The notes under the pieces were generated by a model that was not told the DNA's origin, did not search any database, and saw only the letters and a program-made list of their open reading frames with translations. A DNA stretch of 64,000 nt, taken from assembly GCF_026571515.1 (NCBI RefSeq), contig NW_026861239.1, positions 62,001 through 126,000 of the forward strand, written 5' to 3'. Origin of the DNA: Ruditapes philippinarum (Eukaryota). A program made the translations under genes and the position numbers. Of the stretch, positions 40,801 through 54,092 are shown one piece after another; positions within the stretch are counted from its first letter, which is position 1; every line of letters begins with the position of its first letter.

Positions 40801-42429
40801 TATTAATGCCATGCCGATAGCCAAACACGATATCATTATTTCATAATGGTATTCTACGTGGCATGAGTTTTATGAGTTTATGGTAATGTTTATGGCGAAG
40901 ATATATCATTGTGATAGATCAATTTGTGCTGATGATATATAAATATATATGAATATATATGCTTTATTATTTTATAATGATATATAATACTAAGTTTTAT
41001 GGTTTAACGAGAAAGTTGTTGATTGCTATGATATGTCACTCTATCTGATCTGATCAATTTGTGCTATAAGGTTTGCTATGAAAATTAATAATTGTACGTG
41101 ACGGGAATGTACATGTAAAAGATGTACATCGTAAGATATGTTTCCGTATATCCAAAGATTACCAAGATCGAAAATCATATTAAAGCTGTCATTCAAACAT
41201 ACGAATTGTTGAATACTAAGAGGTTGGTAATTTTTCTTAAAAAGTTTGTACCACCTTTATTTATGGTTGCCACAAAGAACCAATACACATTTTACATCCC
41301 AAAATTATATTACTTATGTCTTTGGTAACAGGATTAGCATATCGTTTGATAATTAATTTCAATCTAAATATATATCTGACAAAGCAGTTGTAACGCAAAC
41401 TGTTCTTAATATAGCCTGTTCAATAAAATCAAACACTTTTCTTTAGCTTTCGACGTTTTTTTTAAACTGTTCTTAACCAGTGAACATTACATCATATAAA
41501 CGGATGAAATTATCAAAAATGATGGACGGGTGAAAATAAAATGTTTACAAATAAGTTATAATATATACATTTTTTAAAAATAATTACCTTTGACATTTTG
41601 CATTTTGATTGTAATGTATAAACTGAATTTTACCTTATATGGAATACTTTACATTGTAATTTTTACTGTAGAAAAGAACATAAGTCACTATCTAAAAGAG
41701 TACATATTAAGATTCGCATTTTAATTGAAACTTTAAAAAACGTGTGTTATCCGCTTTGCAGTTGAAATTGTAAATACATTGGTACTTGCTACTATTAAAA
41801 GAGGTTTATCTACTTTTATATACAATTTTCAGCATTGTATAGATTAAACATCAGAAGCTTTCGCCAATACCTTGTAATTTACGACCTAAAAATCATTAAG
41901 AATTTCTTATCTATCTGTCAAATAAATCCGTGTAACGAACTGAATTCTAAGTATCAGAACATCGAACCCAAGAGTCACGTGTTATCTCATGCGGTGACAA
42001 TCTCTGAATCTCATCAAGCGTCAGTTGAAATCAATTATGGCTATATCAAAGATTCATCTCTGATATCTAATTCCTAAGTAGCGAACAAATAATCATACAG
42101 ATCTTTCTATGTTTCAATGTTTTTGTGATTAAAGTTTAAAAATTCTTCATTAGCTACATAACTTCAACACGTTTTATATTAAACAATCTTATTACATGGC
42201 AAGGTGTGCTTTCGTTATCCATTTAACTGGTTTTGTTTCATGTAAAACTTCAATGTATACGATTAAGGTCTGCAAAACTGGCATTATTGCAAAGCGAAAC
42301 TATCTAAAAATATATTTAATTCTAATCAGGGACAGAACTATCTTGATAGAAGAAATGAAATGACAAAAGAAATCATCATGATAGAAAATTTATTTCAAAA
42401 CAATTTATTTAAAACGGTTTTTTTGGACA

Positions 42430-45400
42430 GAGTGCAATTATGATATACTGCCGGCTTCTTTAATATTGTTATAATGCATTGTAACATTGGTAAATAGGAT
42501 AGGCAGAGTAATGGAGTAGTGTTATGGAGTAGTGTGTAGTTTTTGTAGTTTTATTAGAGAAAAGAACATGCCAAAGCTGTTATTTAGGTTTGAAATAAAT
42601 TGAAAAATAACAACGGTTATTTACTCATGTTATTCTCCTTTTTATATCTGGTAGAATTGTCACAAATAGACCATCAAAACTATTGATTCTAGCAGTCATT
42701 ATCTAACGTAATGAATAGTGAAGAGAAAGTTACATGTTTATAGCGATGTGTTATGCCATTTATTATCCAGATTTTAAAGCTTTGTTTCAGGCAAAAACTA
42801 TTTCCTTATTTCAAGCTGCCCGCCTCTAGAAAGACGAACACAAAAGCTAGAAAATCAACCTTAATAAAATGTGCTAAGATTTAAAAAAAAATTGTAAAAG
42901 TATACACAATGCAAGAAATAATTTACATTTTATGTGCAATTAATGTCTGATTTTACAGAATCTATTACCATATTTCTACTGCGTGACAAACGCAATAAAG
43001 ACTATTTATGAATATTCTGAGCTATTTTTCGTATTTTTATAGATTTTGCAATGTGTCATTTACTTTCCTTGTTCACAAATAGTTCTTAAAACATTTCAAA
43101 AGATTTCTTGAAAATTAAAATGAAATCTGGAGGCATACTGCTTTAAGGGCATGTAAAGTCATATTATTAATAAAAGGATGCCATATATGTACACTTACAT
43201 AAAACAAATGTGTCCATAAGCAGGCAAAAGCAATGACAAATCATTGCACGAATTGTCGATTAATATAATCAAGCTCATATAAATATTTATGAGGAAAATC
43301 TACCTGTCATCACCAATTTTATAAATTCATATAAACGTGCCTTTAATATCACATAATGACAGGGTAATAATTGCTAACTTTGCTAAAGGCAAGTCATTAC
43401 CTTTCATACACAGTCTGTATTTTATTTGCAATTCTCGGGGGACATTGCATGGATTTTTGTTGACTGTAAAACCATTGGCACAAAATATTAGCGCCGTACA
43501 GGGACTATTGTTGCCATATAAATAATTCAAACGAAATATATTAGCATATTTACAATAACTAAAGATAAAAACAGTTTAAACTTAAAATAATAATGAAGAA
43601 TAATCTTGTACAGTGATTTTCGTTATGTGAATCAATGATTTCTTTTGACACCATGAATTATCAGATATTATCTTTTGAACTGTATGATAAGAATAACAAC
43701 TAAACAAACCAAACAGTTTGCATTTGAATATTATTCTTATTAAACGGTATAAATAGATTCAAATAGTTCAATGGTATAAACACATTTAAACACACGTGAC
43801 GTCATATGAAAAGGACGAAAATTGCAATCGATTTACACAAATCAAGCAAAAATTGCAAGCAAAAACAAATTATTAAAGAATGACTTTGGTGGCGCACAGA
43901 ATCCCTGTGTTTAATTAAAATAATGAACTAAATCTGTTAACGCGTTTGGTTTTTGTCGATTTTAAAAGCAATGTTGAAATTATAAATAAGCCATAGATGC
44001 AATCTTAGAGAATATGATTTTCTTTTTTATCATTAAGATTTAATGATATTAATTAAGAAACTTAACGATGTAACACCACTATCATTTGATCATAAATAAA
44101 TGTGTGAGACTTAAAATATTGTCCCTATTTGTGGTCTCAAACAACGTTAGTATATTCAATACTTTGATTTATGAAACAGCAAATCCATAGTATAGTATTT
44201 ATATAAAACATCGTTTTGAAACGTGTCATACAGAGAAATGAAAGTCTCAAACAAAATGCACAATTACAGAAGAGAACGAAACTTACACGCAAGCAGAATT
44301 CCTAACCTAATTTTTTTAGCAACAAAAATGTATCGAAAGACCGAAAAGGTCACTTCTTGAAAAGAAATGGTACGGAATTGAACAAATTACGTACATAACG
44401 TTCGTCTACACTGCTTGACATTTTTGTAGACAACTAGAAATATATTGTTGGGTCATTAAATAGTCAGTACAGCTAATTCAGCATTGTTAACGAACTTCAA
44501 ATTAAATTATCATGTCTATCTTGCTTGAAATGGTGATTGTGAAAACTTATTGGGGAGACTTTTTGAGAAATCGAAGTGACGCTTTATCACCAGTAAAGGC
44601 AATGTTACACTGTGTTAATAAATTGTAATATTTGTCTTCTTTTAAACAGTCTTGACCAAATTAAAAAGGAAATAGCCAAGTTGAAATTTAGAAGTAATAT
44701 TGTGTCTGGAGTTTGAATGAATGACAAACTTGTTGACGTCTAGAAATAACAAAAGTAATGAAAGCTTAGCACGACAGACAAATAAATTTAAATGTGATGC
44801 TTGAAACTGTTTATTGCACAATAACGTTGCTTTATTTCTCTTCAAAATGATAATATTTTGTAGATTTAAGGTGAGACACTTATGCAATTGTACCAATGCA
44901 CCCTATCCAACTTGATTCGTAACGTTTTATCTTGATACAAAATCAAAACCCTATAAACGGAAAAATGCTTTACTAAAGGAAAAACGGTTTAGGAACTGTT
45001 TCAGTCATGTATAATATCAAGTCATTTCGTAAACAACTTGAAAAGCTACTCTTGCAAGTAGAAAATTGTTGTTCTACAAAATTTTAATGATAGGATAGAG
45101 CTAAAGTTTTTTGCTACCTTAATCAAAATCAATCCTCACATTTTTGTAAACACCATAAGATAACAAACTACTTGCTTTGTCACGATTGTAGAAAACAAAC
45201 CTGCAAAAGATAAATCGCATCGCAATGATAAGGCAAAATATCTTTGGGATTTTGACATCATTTTGACATCATTGATAAGGTTAATTTTGTCAGAGATACA
45301 TCAATCAGACATGCTGCTTTCCTAGAACACCTTTCATTCAAGGACGAATGAATCTTCTTATTTGACATTAAGTTCTATTAACAGGCTAACAATCTAACTA

Positions 45401-46610
45401 TTTACGGAGTGAAAACCATTTTCAACTGTCTTTATACACATATGTTTTATGAAGTGTACCTTAAAATTTTTTTTGTACACTAATACTATAAATATTTTCT
45501 TAAAACATTTCGTTAAAACTGGCAAGAATCTGAAGCCGTCCTTGCGAAAATAATCAAAGATTATTGATTTTTATAAAGTTCAATGTGTCTTATTAAGTGT
45601 ACTCCCTGTTAGCGCAAGAAAAGTACATGTTTTAAGATAAAGGCTCCCAAGGAAAATTTCAGTGATCGGAAGATGCAGGTGCTTGTAAAGACTTGCAATG
45701 CAAGGTACGGTGATGTCGAAGTCATGCTTCTTAGCAACTTGTTTTAAACAAATTTATAATCTTCATAAAATGAATATAATTACCAATTTTCGCCCACTAT
45801 TTACAAAACTGTTTTAAAATATAACCAATGAGGAATTGATGAATAGAAATCATACAATACGTGCTAATTTTGAAAATACCACCTCTATCAGAGCAGATAA
45901 ATGGCATGCCCTTAGCAAGTGATGTATTGCTAATAACTTTTAGAGCAACCCACAGACATTACAAAATGCAATTGCGAAAAATGTCAAAGATGTTATTACA
46001 TTATTCTGTAAAAGAAATTTATTATTTTTATTAATATTTAACGAGCAATTAAAAAACTTAGAATACTGACTTGAATCATCTCATTTTCTGCTACAATGTC
46101 CAAAGCAAACAAGACCAAACTATAAATAAAACACAGAGTGTCTTTTGTTCTTAGAAAAAATCAACAACATTATAAACACTTTGACAGGTACAGTTTTAAC
46201 ATGATTTCTCCTGAGTCACTCCCTACATTTTAATTAGACGAAAATAAAACAATAAAAACAACAATTAATGAATTCATCTTTGATCTGAACTGAGTCTACT
46301 TTACATGGATTTTGCTAAATTTCTGAAATCGACTTGCCAATCATTCAATTTGGACATGATCATTAATAACTCTGAAGGGAAGAATACAAAATATGTACTG
46401 ACTGAATAGCGAATAATGCGGATACTGATATATGATTGGATAAAACAGAATTACCGGCTGACCTTGGTCTGTGTTGGTCGCTTGCACAGGATCGGTTACC
46501 GCCAGCCGGCTAAGAGTTTATGAATCGATTATTTGCATTATAAGAAAAATGTGAAGAATTATATATAACAATGAAGCAACATATCAAAAGATTTAATCAA
46601 AATATTTTAA
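42430..46610 (+). repeat. Tandem segmental duplication 2, unit A
   Basis: Long near-identical runs with 46625-53570, e.g. 43350-43530 versus 47745-47920. The paired noise ORFs 44642-44896 and 49071-49325 are paralogous. Confidence 0.95.
42809..43146. mobile_element. TTAA MITE, AGCAGCATGC family; predates duplication 2
   Basis: aagctgcccgcctctaga ... tctggaggcatactgctttaa; the corresponding copy in unit B is at 47193-47546. Confidence 0.7.
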
Positions 46611-46711
46611 CGATATGCTATGATAGAATGCAATTATGATATAATGACCGCTTCATGAATAATGTTATTATGCATGTAAGCATTGGTATATAAGATGTGC
46701 AATTTTGACAA

Positions 46712-46865
46712 GGAGGTAGTGAAATGGAGTAGTGAAATGGAGTAGTGTTATAGAGAAGTGTAATAGAGTAGTGTGATGGAGTAGTGTAGTGGAGTAGTGT
46801 TATGGAGTAATGTAATAGGGTAGTGTAATGGTGTAGTGTAGTGGAGTAGTGTAATGGAGAAATGT
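46712..46865 (+). repeat. 13-bp minisatellite (GGAGTAGTGTAAT)n, ~11-12 units
   Basis: Directly visible; only ~2-3 units at the paralogous site 42510-42540. Confidence 0.9.
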
Positions 46866-47192
46866 GTAAGATAAAGAACAGGTTTTATTAGAGAAAGAAC
46901 ATGCTACAGCTGTTATTTCTGAATTATATTTAAGTCTGAAATAAATTGAAAAACAACAACCATTATTTTCTTATGTTATTCTCTTATTTACATCTGTTAG
47001 AATTGTCACAAATGGACCATCAAAACTATTGATTCTAGCAGAGACATTATCTAACGCAATGAATAGTGAAGTCTGGCACTAACGCAATGAATAGTGAAGA
47101 GAAAGTTACATGTAATGGCGATGAGTTATGCGATTTATTATCCAGATTTTAAAGCTTTGTTTCAGACCAAGTCCATTCTATAATTTGAAGAT

Positions 47193-47546
47193 TTAAAGCT
47201 GCATGCCGCCAGATAAACAAACAAGAAATTAAGAAAATCAACCCTGAGAGAAATGTACTAAGATTTTAAGAAAAGTAAAAGTATTCACAATGCAAGTAAT
47301 GGTTTACATATTATATGCAATTAATGTCTGATTTTACAGAATATATTACCATATTTCTACTGCGTGACAAACGCAATTACGAAGATTTTTGAATATTCTG
47401 AGCTATTTTTGTATTTTTGTAGATTTTAAGTGTCTTTTGCAATGTGTAAATTACTTTCCTTGTTCATATGACAATATTATACATTTTAAAACATTTCACA
47501 AGATTTCTTGAAATTTAAAATGAAATCTGAAGGCATGCTGCTTTAA
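47193..47546. mobile_element. TTAA MITE, AGCAGCATGC family
   Basis: TTAAagctgcatgccgccagat ... atctgaaggcatgctgctTTAA. Confidence 0.8.
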
Positions 47547-50500
47547 GGGTATGTAAAGACATTTTATTAATAAAAGAATGCCGCCAACGTACACTAACAT
47601 AAAACAAATGTGTCCTAAAGCAGGCAAAGACAAAGAAAAATCACTGCACTTATTGTCGATTAATATAATCAAGCTCATATAAATATTTTATGAGGAAACT
47701 CTACCTGTCATCATCAATTTTATAAATTCATATAAACGTGCTTCACATAATGACAGGGTAATAATTGCTTACTTTGCTGAAGGCAAGTCATTACCTTTCA
47801 TACACAGTCTGTATTTTATTTGCAATTCTCGGGGGACATTGCATGGATTTTTGTTGACTGTAAAACCATTGGCACAAACTATTAGCGCCGTGCAGGGACT
47901 ATTGTTGCCATATAAATAATACAAACGATATATATGAGCATATTCACAATAACTAAAGATAAAAACAGTTTAAACTGAAAATAATAATGAAGAATAATCT
48001 TGTACAGTGGTTATCGTTATGCGAATCAATGATTTCTTTTGACACCATGAATTATCAGATATTATCTTTTGAACTGTATGATAAGAACAACAACTAAATC
48101 ATTCAATTATTGGTTACAAACCAAACAGTTTGCATTTGAATACTATTCTTATTAAAGGGTATAAATAGTTTCAAATAGTTAAATGGTATAAACACATTTA
48201 AACACAAGTGACATCATATGAAAAGGACGAAAATTGCAATCGATTTATACAAAGCAAGCAAAAATTGCAAGCAAAACCAAATTATAAATGACTTTGGTGG
48301 CGCACATAATCCCTGTGTTAATGTTAAAATAATGAACTTAATTTGTAAACGCGTTAGGTATTTTTCAATTCTAAAAGCAATGTTGAAATTATAAATAAGC
48401 CATAGAGAAATCTTAGAGAATAGGATTTTCGTTTTTATCATGATTAAGTTTAAATGATATTCATTAAGAAACTTAACGATGTAGCACCACAATCAGTAGA
48501 ACATAAATAGATGTGTGAGACTTAAGATATTGTCCCGTGAGACTCAAGGTATTGTCCCTATTTGTGATACCAAACAAAGTTAGTATATTCAATACTTTGA
48601 TTTATGAAACTGCAAAACCTTAGTATTTATATAAAAACATCACTTGCATCTTCGTTTTGAAACGTTTCAGTGAAATGAAAGTCTCAAACAAAATGCGCAA
48701 TTACAGAAGAGAACGAAACTTACATGCAAGCAGAATTCCTAACCTATTTTTTTAGCAACTAAAATATATCGAAAGGCCGAAAAGGTCACTTCTTGAAAAG
48801 AATTTGTTAGAAAGAAATTACGTACATAACGTTCGTCTACACTGCTTGATATATTTGTAGACAACTAAAATGTATTATTGGGTCATTTCGTAGTCTGTAA
48901 AGACAATTCAGCATGGTTTGTAAATTGCAAATTACATTATCATGTCTATCTTGCTTAAAATAATGATTGTGAAAACTTATTGGGGAGACTCTTTGAGAAA
49001 TCAAAGTGTTGTTTCATCAGCATTGAAGGCAATTTGCCGCTGTGTTTACAAATTGTCATATTTGTCCTCTTTAAAAAGTGTTGACCAAATTAAAAAGGAA
49101 ATAGCAAAGTTGAAAATTGGAAGTAAGATTGTTTCTGGAGTTTGACTGTATGAAAGACTTATTGACGTCAAGAAATAACAAAAGTAATGAAAGCTTAGCA
49201 CAGCAGACAAATAAATTTAAATGTGATGCTTGAAACTTTTTATTGCACAATAACGTTTCTTTATTTCTCTTCAAAATGATAATAGATTGTAGATTTAAGG
49301 TAAGACACTTATGCAATTGTACCAATGCACCCTATCTAACTTGATTCGTAACGTTTTATCTTGATATAAAATCAAAACTCTACAAACGGAAAAATGCTTT
49401 ACTAAAGGAAAAACGGTTTAGCAACTGTTTCAGTCATGTATAATATCACGAATCCAAAAGTCATTTCGTAAACAACTTGAAAAGCTACTCTTGCAAGTGG
49501 CAAATTGTTGTTCTAAAATGAAAGATAGACCTAAATTTTTTGCTACCTTAATCAAAATCAATCCTCACGTTTTTGTAAACACCATAAGATGACAAACTAC
49601 TTTCTTTGTAACGATTGTAGAAAACAAATCTGCAAAAGATAAATTGCAACGCAATGATAAGGCAAACAAAAAATCTATGGGATTTTGTCATTATTGATAA
49701 GGTTAATTTTTTTTGTCAGAGATACACCAATCTGACATGCTGCTTTCCTCGAACACCTTTCATTCAGGGACGAATGCATCTTATTATTTGATATTAAGTT
49801 TAATTAAAAAAGGAAGACAAATTAAAATGTCCAAAACTCCAGATAATGAAAAATAAAGCTTAATCAAATTAATGTACACATTTTAAGGAAAGTTTTAATA
49901 TTCCAAATCCATTGTTTTGCATTTTTAACATGATTGTTACCTCTCTATTAACAAGCTAACAATCTAACTATTTACGGAGTGAAAACCATTTTCAACTGTC
50001 TTTATACACATATGTTTTATGGAGTGTACCTTAAAATTATTTTTGTACACTAATACTATAAATATTTTCTTAAAATATTTCGTTAAAACTGGCAAGAATC
50101 TGAAGCCGTCCTTGCGAATATAATCAATGATTATTGATTTTTATAAAAATCAATGTGTCTTATTAAGTGTACTCCCTGTTACCGCAAGAAAAGTACATGT
50201 TTAACGATATAGGCTCCCAAGAAAAAGTTCAGTGATCGGAAGATGCAGGTGCTTGTAAAGACTTGCAATGCAAGGTACGGTGATGTCGAAGTCATGCTAC
50301 TTAGCAACTTGTTTTAAACAAATTAACAATCTTCATAAAATGAATATCATTCCCAATTGTCGCCCGCTATTTACAAAACGGTTTTAAAATATCACCGATG
50401 AGGAAATATATATAGAAATTATATAATACGTGATAATTTTGAAAATACCACCTCCATAAGACCAGATAAAGGGCATGCCCTACGCGAGTGATGTATTGCT

Positions 50501-50631
50501 GGCAACCTACAAAGATTACAAAATACAATCACGAAAAAGGTCAAAGATATAATTACATTTATGAGAGATATTTATTCTTTTTATAAATATTTTAAAGATA
50601 TACTATGCTCAAATTTGATATCAGAAAATAC

Positions 50632-52751
50632 CACAGTATGTAAACGATTTGAACCCCAACCGGATCTTGTGAGAAGATTTTAGTGTCAGCCATATTCTGC
50701 CGCTTCACTTGTTTACGATATTGGTATTTATATTGATACTGATGGACGTAAGGTTAGTAAATCTATATTTATATTGTAAGAGAGAAACTTTATTAAACGT
50801 CTAAGTTATGCAAAACATAAACGTAAGCACGAAGGTTATAAAATAACCGAAACTCACGAACTGCTTTCATGTGATCAACACTGAACACGAACAAAAATCC
50901 GTCTTATTCCAAGGTTGATTTAGTTTTAACATCGAATTGTGATATCGAACTACTAAAGTAATCAATAACAAACGATAATTTAGTCATATGCATAACATAT
51001 TGCTGTACCTTGAACATAAATTTAAGAGTTTTACCAAGGAGGTCATTTCCGTAAACTGAACGTTACTTGCTGGTGATTGTGAACCCTACTTGTGAGTTTA
51101 CGAATTTTATCTGTACCCTGACTTGTGAGTATATTTAAAGATTTATTGGAGAAAACGTTTACGTTAATTGCGATTTTGTATCAATTATTGCGAGAAAATA
51201 TAAATGATTGTAATAGAATTTTATTATATAAGGTGGGATCTAAGGTATTTACCGAGAATTGGTTTAACTGATACTATTGTTAATCATTTATGTAATAAAA
51301 TATATAGTGTTATGTATATTTTTCTTTCAGATCACCATGAAAGAATACAACTGCATATACTGTTCGGTCAAGACTACGATATGTACGAATTTCAATGCCG
51401 TCATTGACCACATAATTATTCGCCATCCAGACTGCAACTTGAAAATAAGAATAAATAATGATCAAAATAAAATTTCCTACTTAAAAAATTTCAGTGTCAA
51501 AGCCAATAACGTAAAAGAAAAAAAGAAATTTATAACACCAATAGCTGAAACACTAACAATTAAAATTTCAAAAATTCCCGAATATTCTCCGATTAAAAAG
51601 ATGCCAAAATTGTGGACGCCTATGAAAGAAAAAAAGACGTTTATAACTCCAATAGCTGAAACACTGACAATATTAAAATTTCAAAATTTTTCGAATATTC
51701 TCCGTTTAAAAAGATGCCAAAATTGTCGACGCCAATGATAGATATACAAGAATAAAAGTCGTACATGTCAGAAATAGAAAGTCAATGAATTTCTGAGAAT
51801 ATAGAACCTTGTTTTAAATCAACGGTAGGTGTAATAGCTTTCAACATGTTGCAAAAAATCTTGTAATCTTGTAATGATATTTCGAGGTTTATTGATACGT
51901 GATGTTATATAACGGTCACGGCAAAACTAACAACAATTCCGTTGAACTAAATATAAGAAATTTATAGTACATACGTAATATTTTAGCTTTATATCTTTCC
52001 AAAGAAGTATGAAAGGTATGTGAAGTTAATTATTCCTATCAAGAAATAATTGACTTTCTGGTTCGTATAACCAGCCACTTCATGCTGGTATTTTCGTAGA
52101 CAGTGAAAACATGACGAAACTCCATTCATATGCAGTTTTAGTTACTTACATAGAACTAAAACATGTACCATGCTCTTGTGACACAATAACTTCGTATTCT
52201 GCACAATAAAATTTGGATTATATGATAAAAACACAATAAATATCATCAAAAGTGACTCGCAAGTAATGGTTCAGTGAAAACACAAGTAGGGTACAGATCA
52301 TTAAAATTGTTTTAGCAAGACGGGTACAGTTATCAGAAATGTCGCCTCTATTATTTACTATGTTTTATCAATATTCAAAGCTATTTTCACAAGTGTCTGT
52401 CCGGTAATATGAGGTTAAGACAATAAAGTAAAGATTCAGATATGAGTTATAGTGAAGTAAAACAATTTTTAGCATAAATTTGCTAGTGTAATCGGCGTGT
52501 GTTGACATAAACAAAACATGAGGCGAAGAGCACAGCGTTTTATGCGCATATATTTTACGAAGAAGGTTATGGATGTATATATAAGCAAAGATAAAGTATA
52601 TCTCAATATGTTTCAAATGTTAACATATCGTAACATACTGAAATTAAGCCGATCTTTAATAGTTTAATGTGTCATCCCGCCTGATTGTACGTTTAGATGC
52701 TGAGATCTTCTCACAAGATCCGGTTGGGGTTCAAATCGTTTATATACTGTG
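50632..52751 (+). mobile_element. 2120-bp TIR transposon with CAC...GTG termini and 5-bp TSD (Transib/RAG-like candidate, non-autonomous)
   Basis: TIR CACAGTAT(G/A)TAAACGATTTGAACCCCAACCGGATCTTGTGAGAAGAT, 46 of 47 positions identical between the ends; TSD AATAC at 50627-50631 and 52752-52756. Confidence 0.92.
51337..51738 (+). pseudogene. Residual transposon ORF with an N-terminal CxxC-x15-HxxxxH zinc finger
   Basis: ttttctttcag|atcaccATG gives an acceptor plus Kozak-like context. Reads MKEYNCIYCSVKTTICTNFNAVIDHIIIRH...; an internal ~111-bp tandem duplication has a frameshifted second copy; no catalytic domain is visible. Confidence 0.6.
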
Positions 52752-53264
52752 AATACTGATAATTGCTACACAGTCTCTTTGTAAATATGAAATAGACATG
52801 TTTTGACTTCACACAAAGTTATTATGTCGTGTTTAAAACTCAACACTTATAGGTCGTCACAATATAAATACATAGTGTCGTTTAAAAAACTGGAAGTTTT
52901 TTTTTTAAGAAAAGACCAACTTTACTTGTTCTGTATTAGAAAACGTGACTTACCATATAGATTATGATTCATTTTCTATTTAAATTAGACAAATTCAGTA
53001 CGAATTTCATAGGTTTTAATAAATTTCTTCGATTAAAATATTTTACTCAAAGATGAGCATAGTATATCTGTAACGACACTTGAAATACCATGTCCAAAGC
53101 AAACGAGACCAAACTATAAATTAAACACAGTCATCCGTTCTAAGAAAAAAAAACATAATTTTTATAAAATTTGATAGGTACATGATTTATCCCGACTATA
53201 TACATTTATAGTTATACTACAATAAAGATATACAATTAATAAATTAATCTTTGATCTGAACTGA

Positions 53265-53480
53265 GTCTAACTTACATTTATTCTGCTAATTTTCTTAAAT
53301 CGACTTGTCCATCTTTCAATCTGGACAAGACCAATCATCTTTTAAAGGGAAGAATACTAAATGTATACTGACTGAATAAGCGAACAGTGCAGATAATTAT
53401 AGGTACAATGTAGGCACAGCTGTGTCGGCTGATCTTTGTCTCCGTTGGACGCTTTTACCGCCGGCCGGTTATGAGTTAAT
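53265..53480. mobile_element. Degenerate piggyBac-like MITE (paralogue 46295-46520; related fragment ~18250-18345)
   Basis: gacttgtccatctttcaatctggac...tactgactgaata.gcgaacagtgcagat...ggctgatctt...gagttaa. Superfamily is from memory of similar bivalve elements. Confidence 0.5.
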
Positions 53481-53941
53481 GAATCGACGACATGCTTCAT
53501 AAGAATAGTTTGAAGAAATATATATAACAATGATGCAGCATATCAAAATATTCAATCAAAACATTTTATTTCATATAAAATATTTCATTATGACATTGCC
53601 TTTAACAAATTTTCCATAGCAGTAGTTGAATCAAAATAACCAAAAAATATAGAAAATACCGTTCACTTATGAATACATTTGAAAAATAACACCCCAAGTT
53701 CCATATCATTTCTTTATATATGATATTGGCACTAAAATGATAAGATAGAGTTCATTATAAACATAAGCTTAATGCTAACAGTAAACAATGATAACACATA
53801 TCGATCATTGCCTTTATCATTCAAATTATTACTTTACGTTCATAAAGTTTTCCAGTCAATCTCAATAAAGTAAACCATGATTCACGTAAATTTACCGCCT
53901 ACGTTTTGACCTTTTTATTAGATTTATAAAAGAATTTTTAA

Positions 53942-54092
53942 TCCCCCTTCATCTCTATACGTCCCTGTATGTAGATTTGACAATTATTGTCGTTAAATCG
54001 CTGAAAAAAGCTCTCATTTATTTGTGGAGACGTAACCCATTTACAGACTTAATCCCGTGTCATTGATTATGGGATATCTCTATGTGAAGGGG
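53942..54092. mobile_element. Short piggyBac-like MITE
   Basis: TTAA|tcccccttcatctcta...gtccc on the left and gggata...tgaagggg|TTAA on the right. Confidence 0.65.

Larger units (their letters stand above)
50592..53073. mobile_element. TTAA MITE (AGATATACTATGCTCA TIR) split by a younger element
   Basis: TTAA|agatatactatgctca on the left and tgagcatagtatatct|gtaa on the right. Unit A has a single empty TTAA at 46038-46041. The internal part 52757-53069 aligns with the uninterrupted relative at 56636-56969. Confidence 0.85.
46625..53570 (+). repeat. Tandem segmental duplication 2, unit B (interrupted by nested transposons at 50592-53073)
   Basis: Collinear with unit A before 50592 and again from ~53088 (atgtccaaagcaaac.agaccaaactataaa, compare ~46096). 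Confidence 0.95.

Noticed and set aside
46712-46865. Regular repeats considered as CRISPR-like or telomeric
   Set aside because: Head-to-tail 13-mers without unique spacers, and not TTAGGG; an ordinary minisatellite.
44642-49325. Pair of similar 84-aa ORFs (MVQLHKCLTLNLQ...)
   Set aside because: The similarity comes from the segmental duplication; the start is not an ATG and the composition is typical of AT-rich noise.
50632-50680. Full RSS (heptamer, 12/23 spacer, nonamer) in the TIR
   Set aside because: Only the heptamer-like part is present; there is no ACAAAAACC-like nonamer at either spacing.
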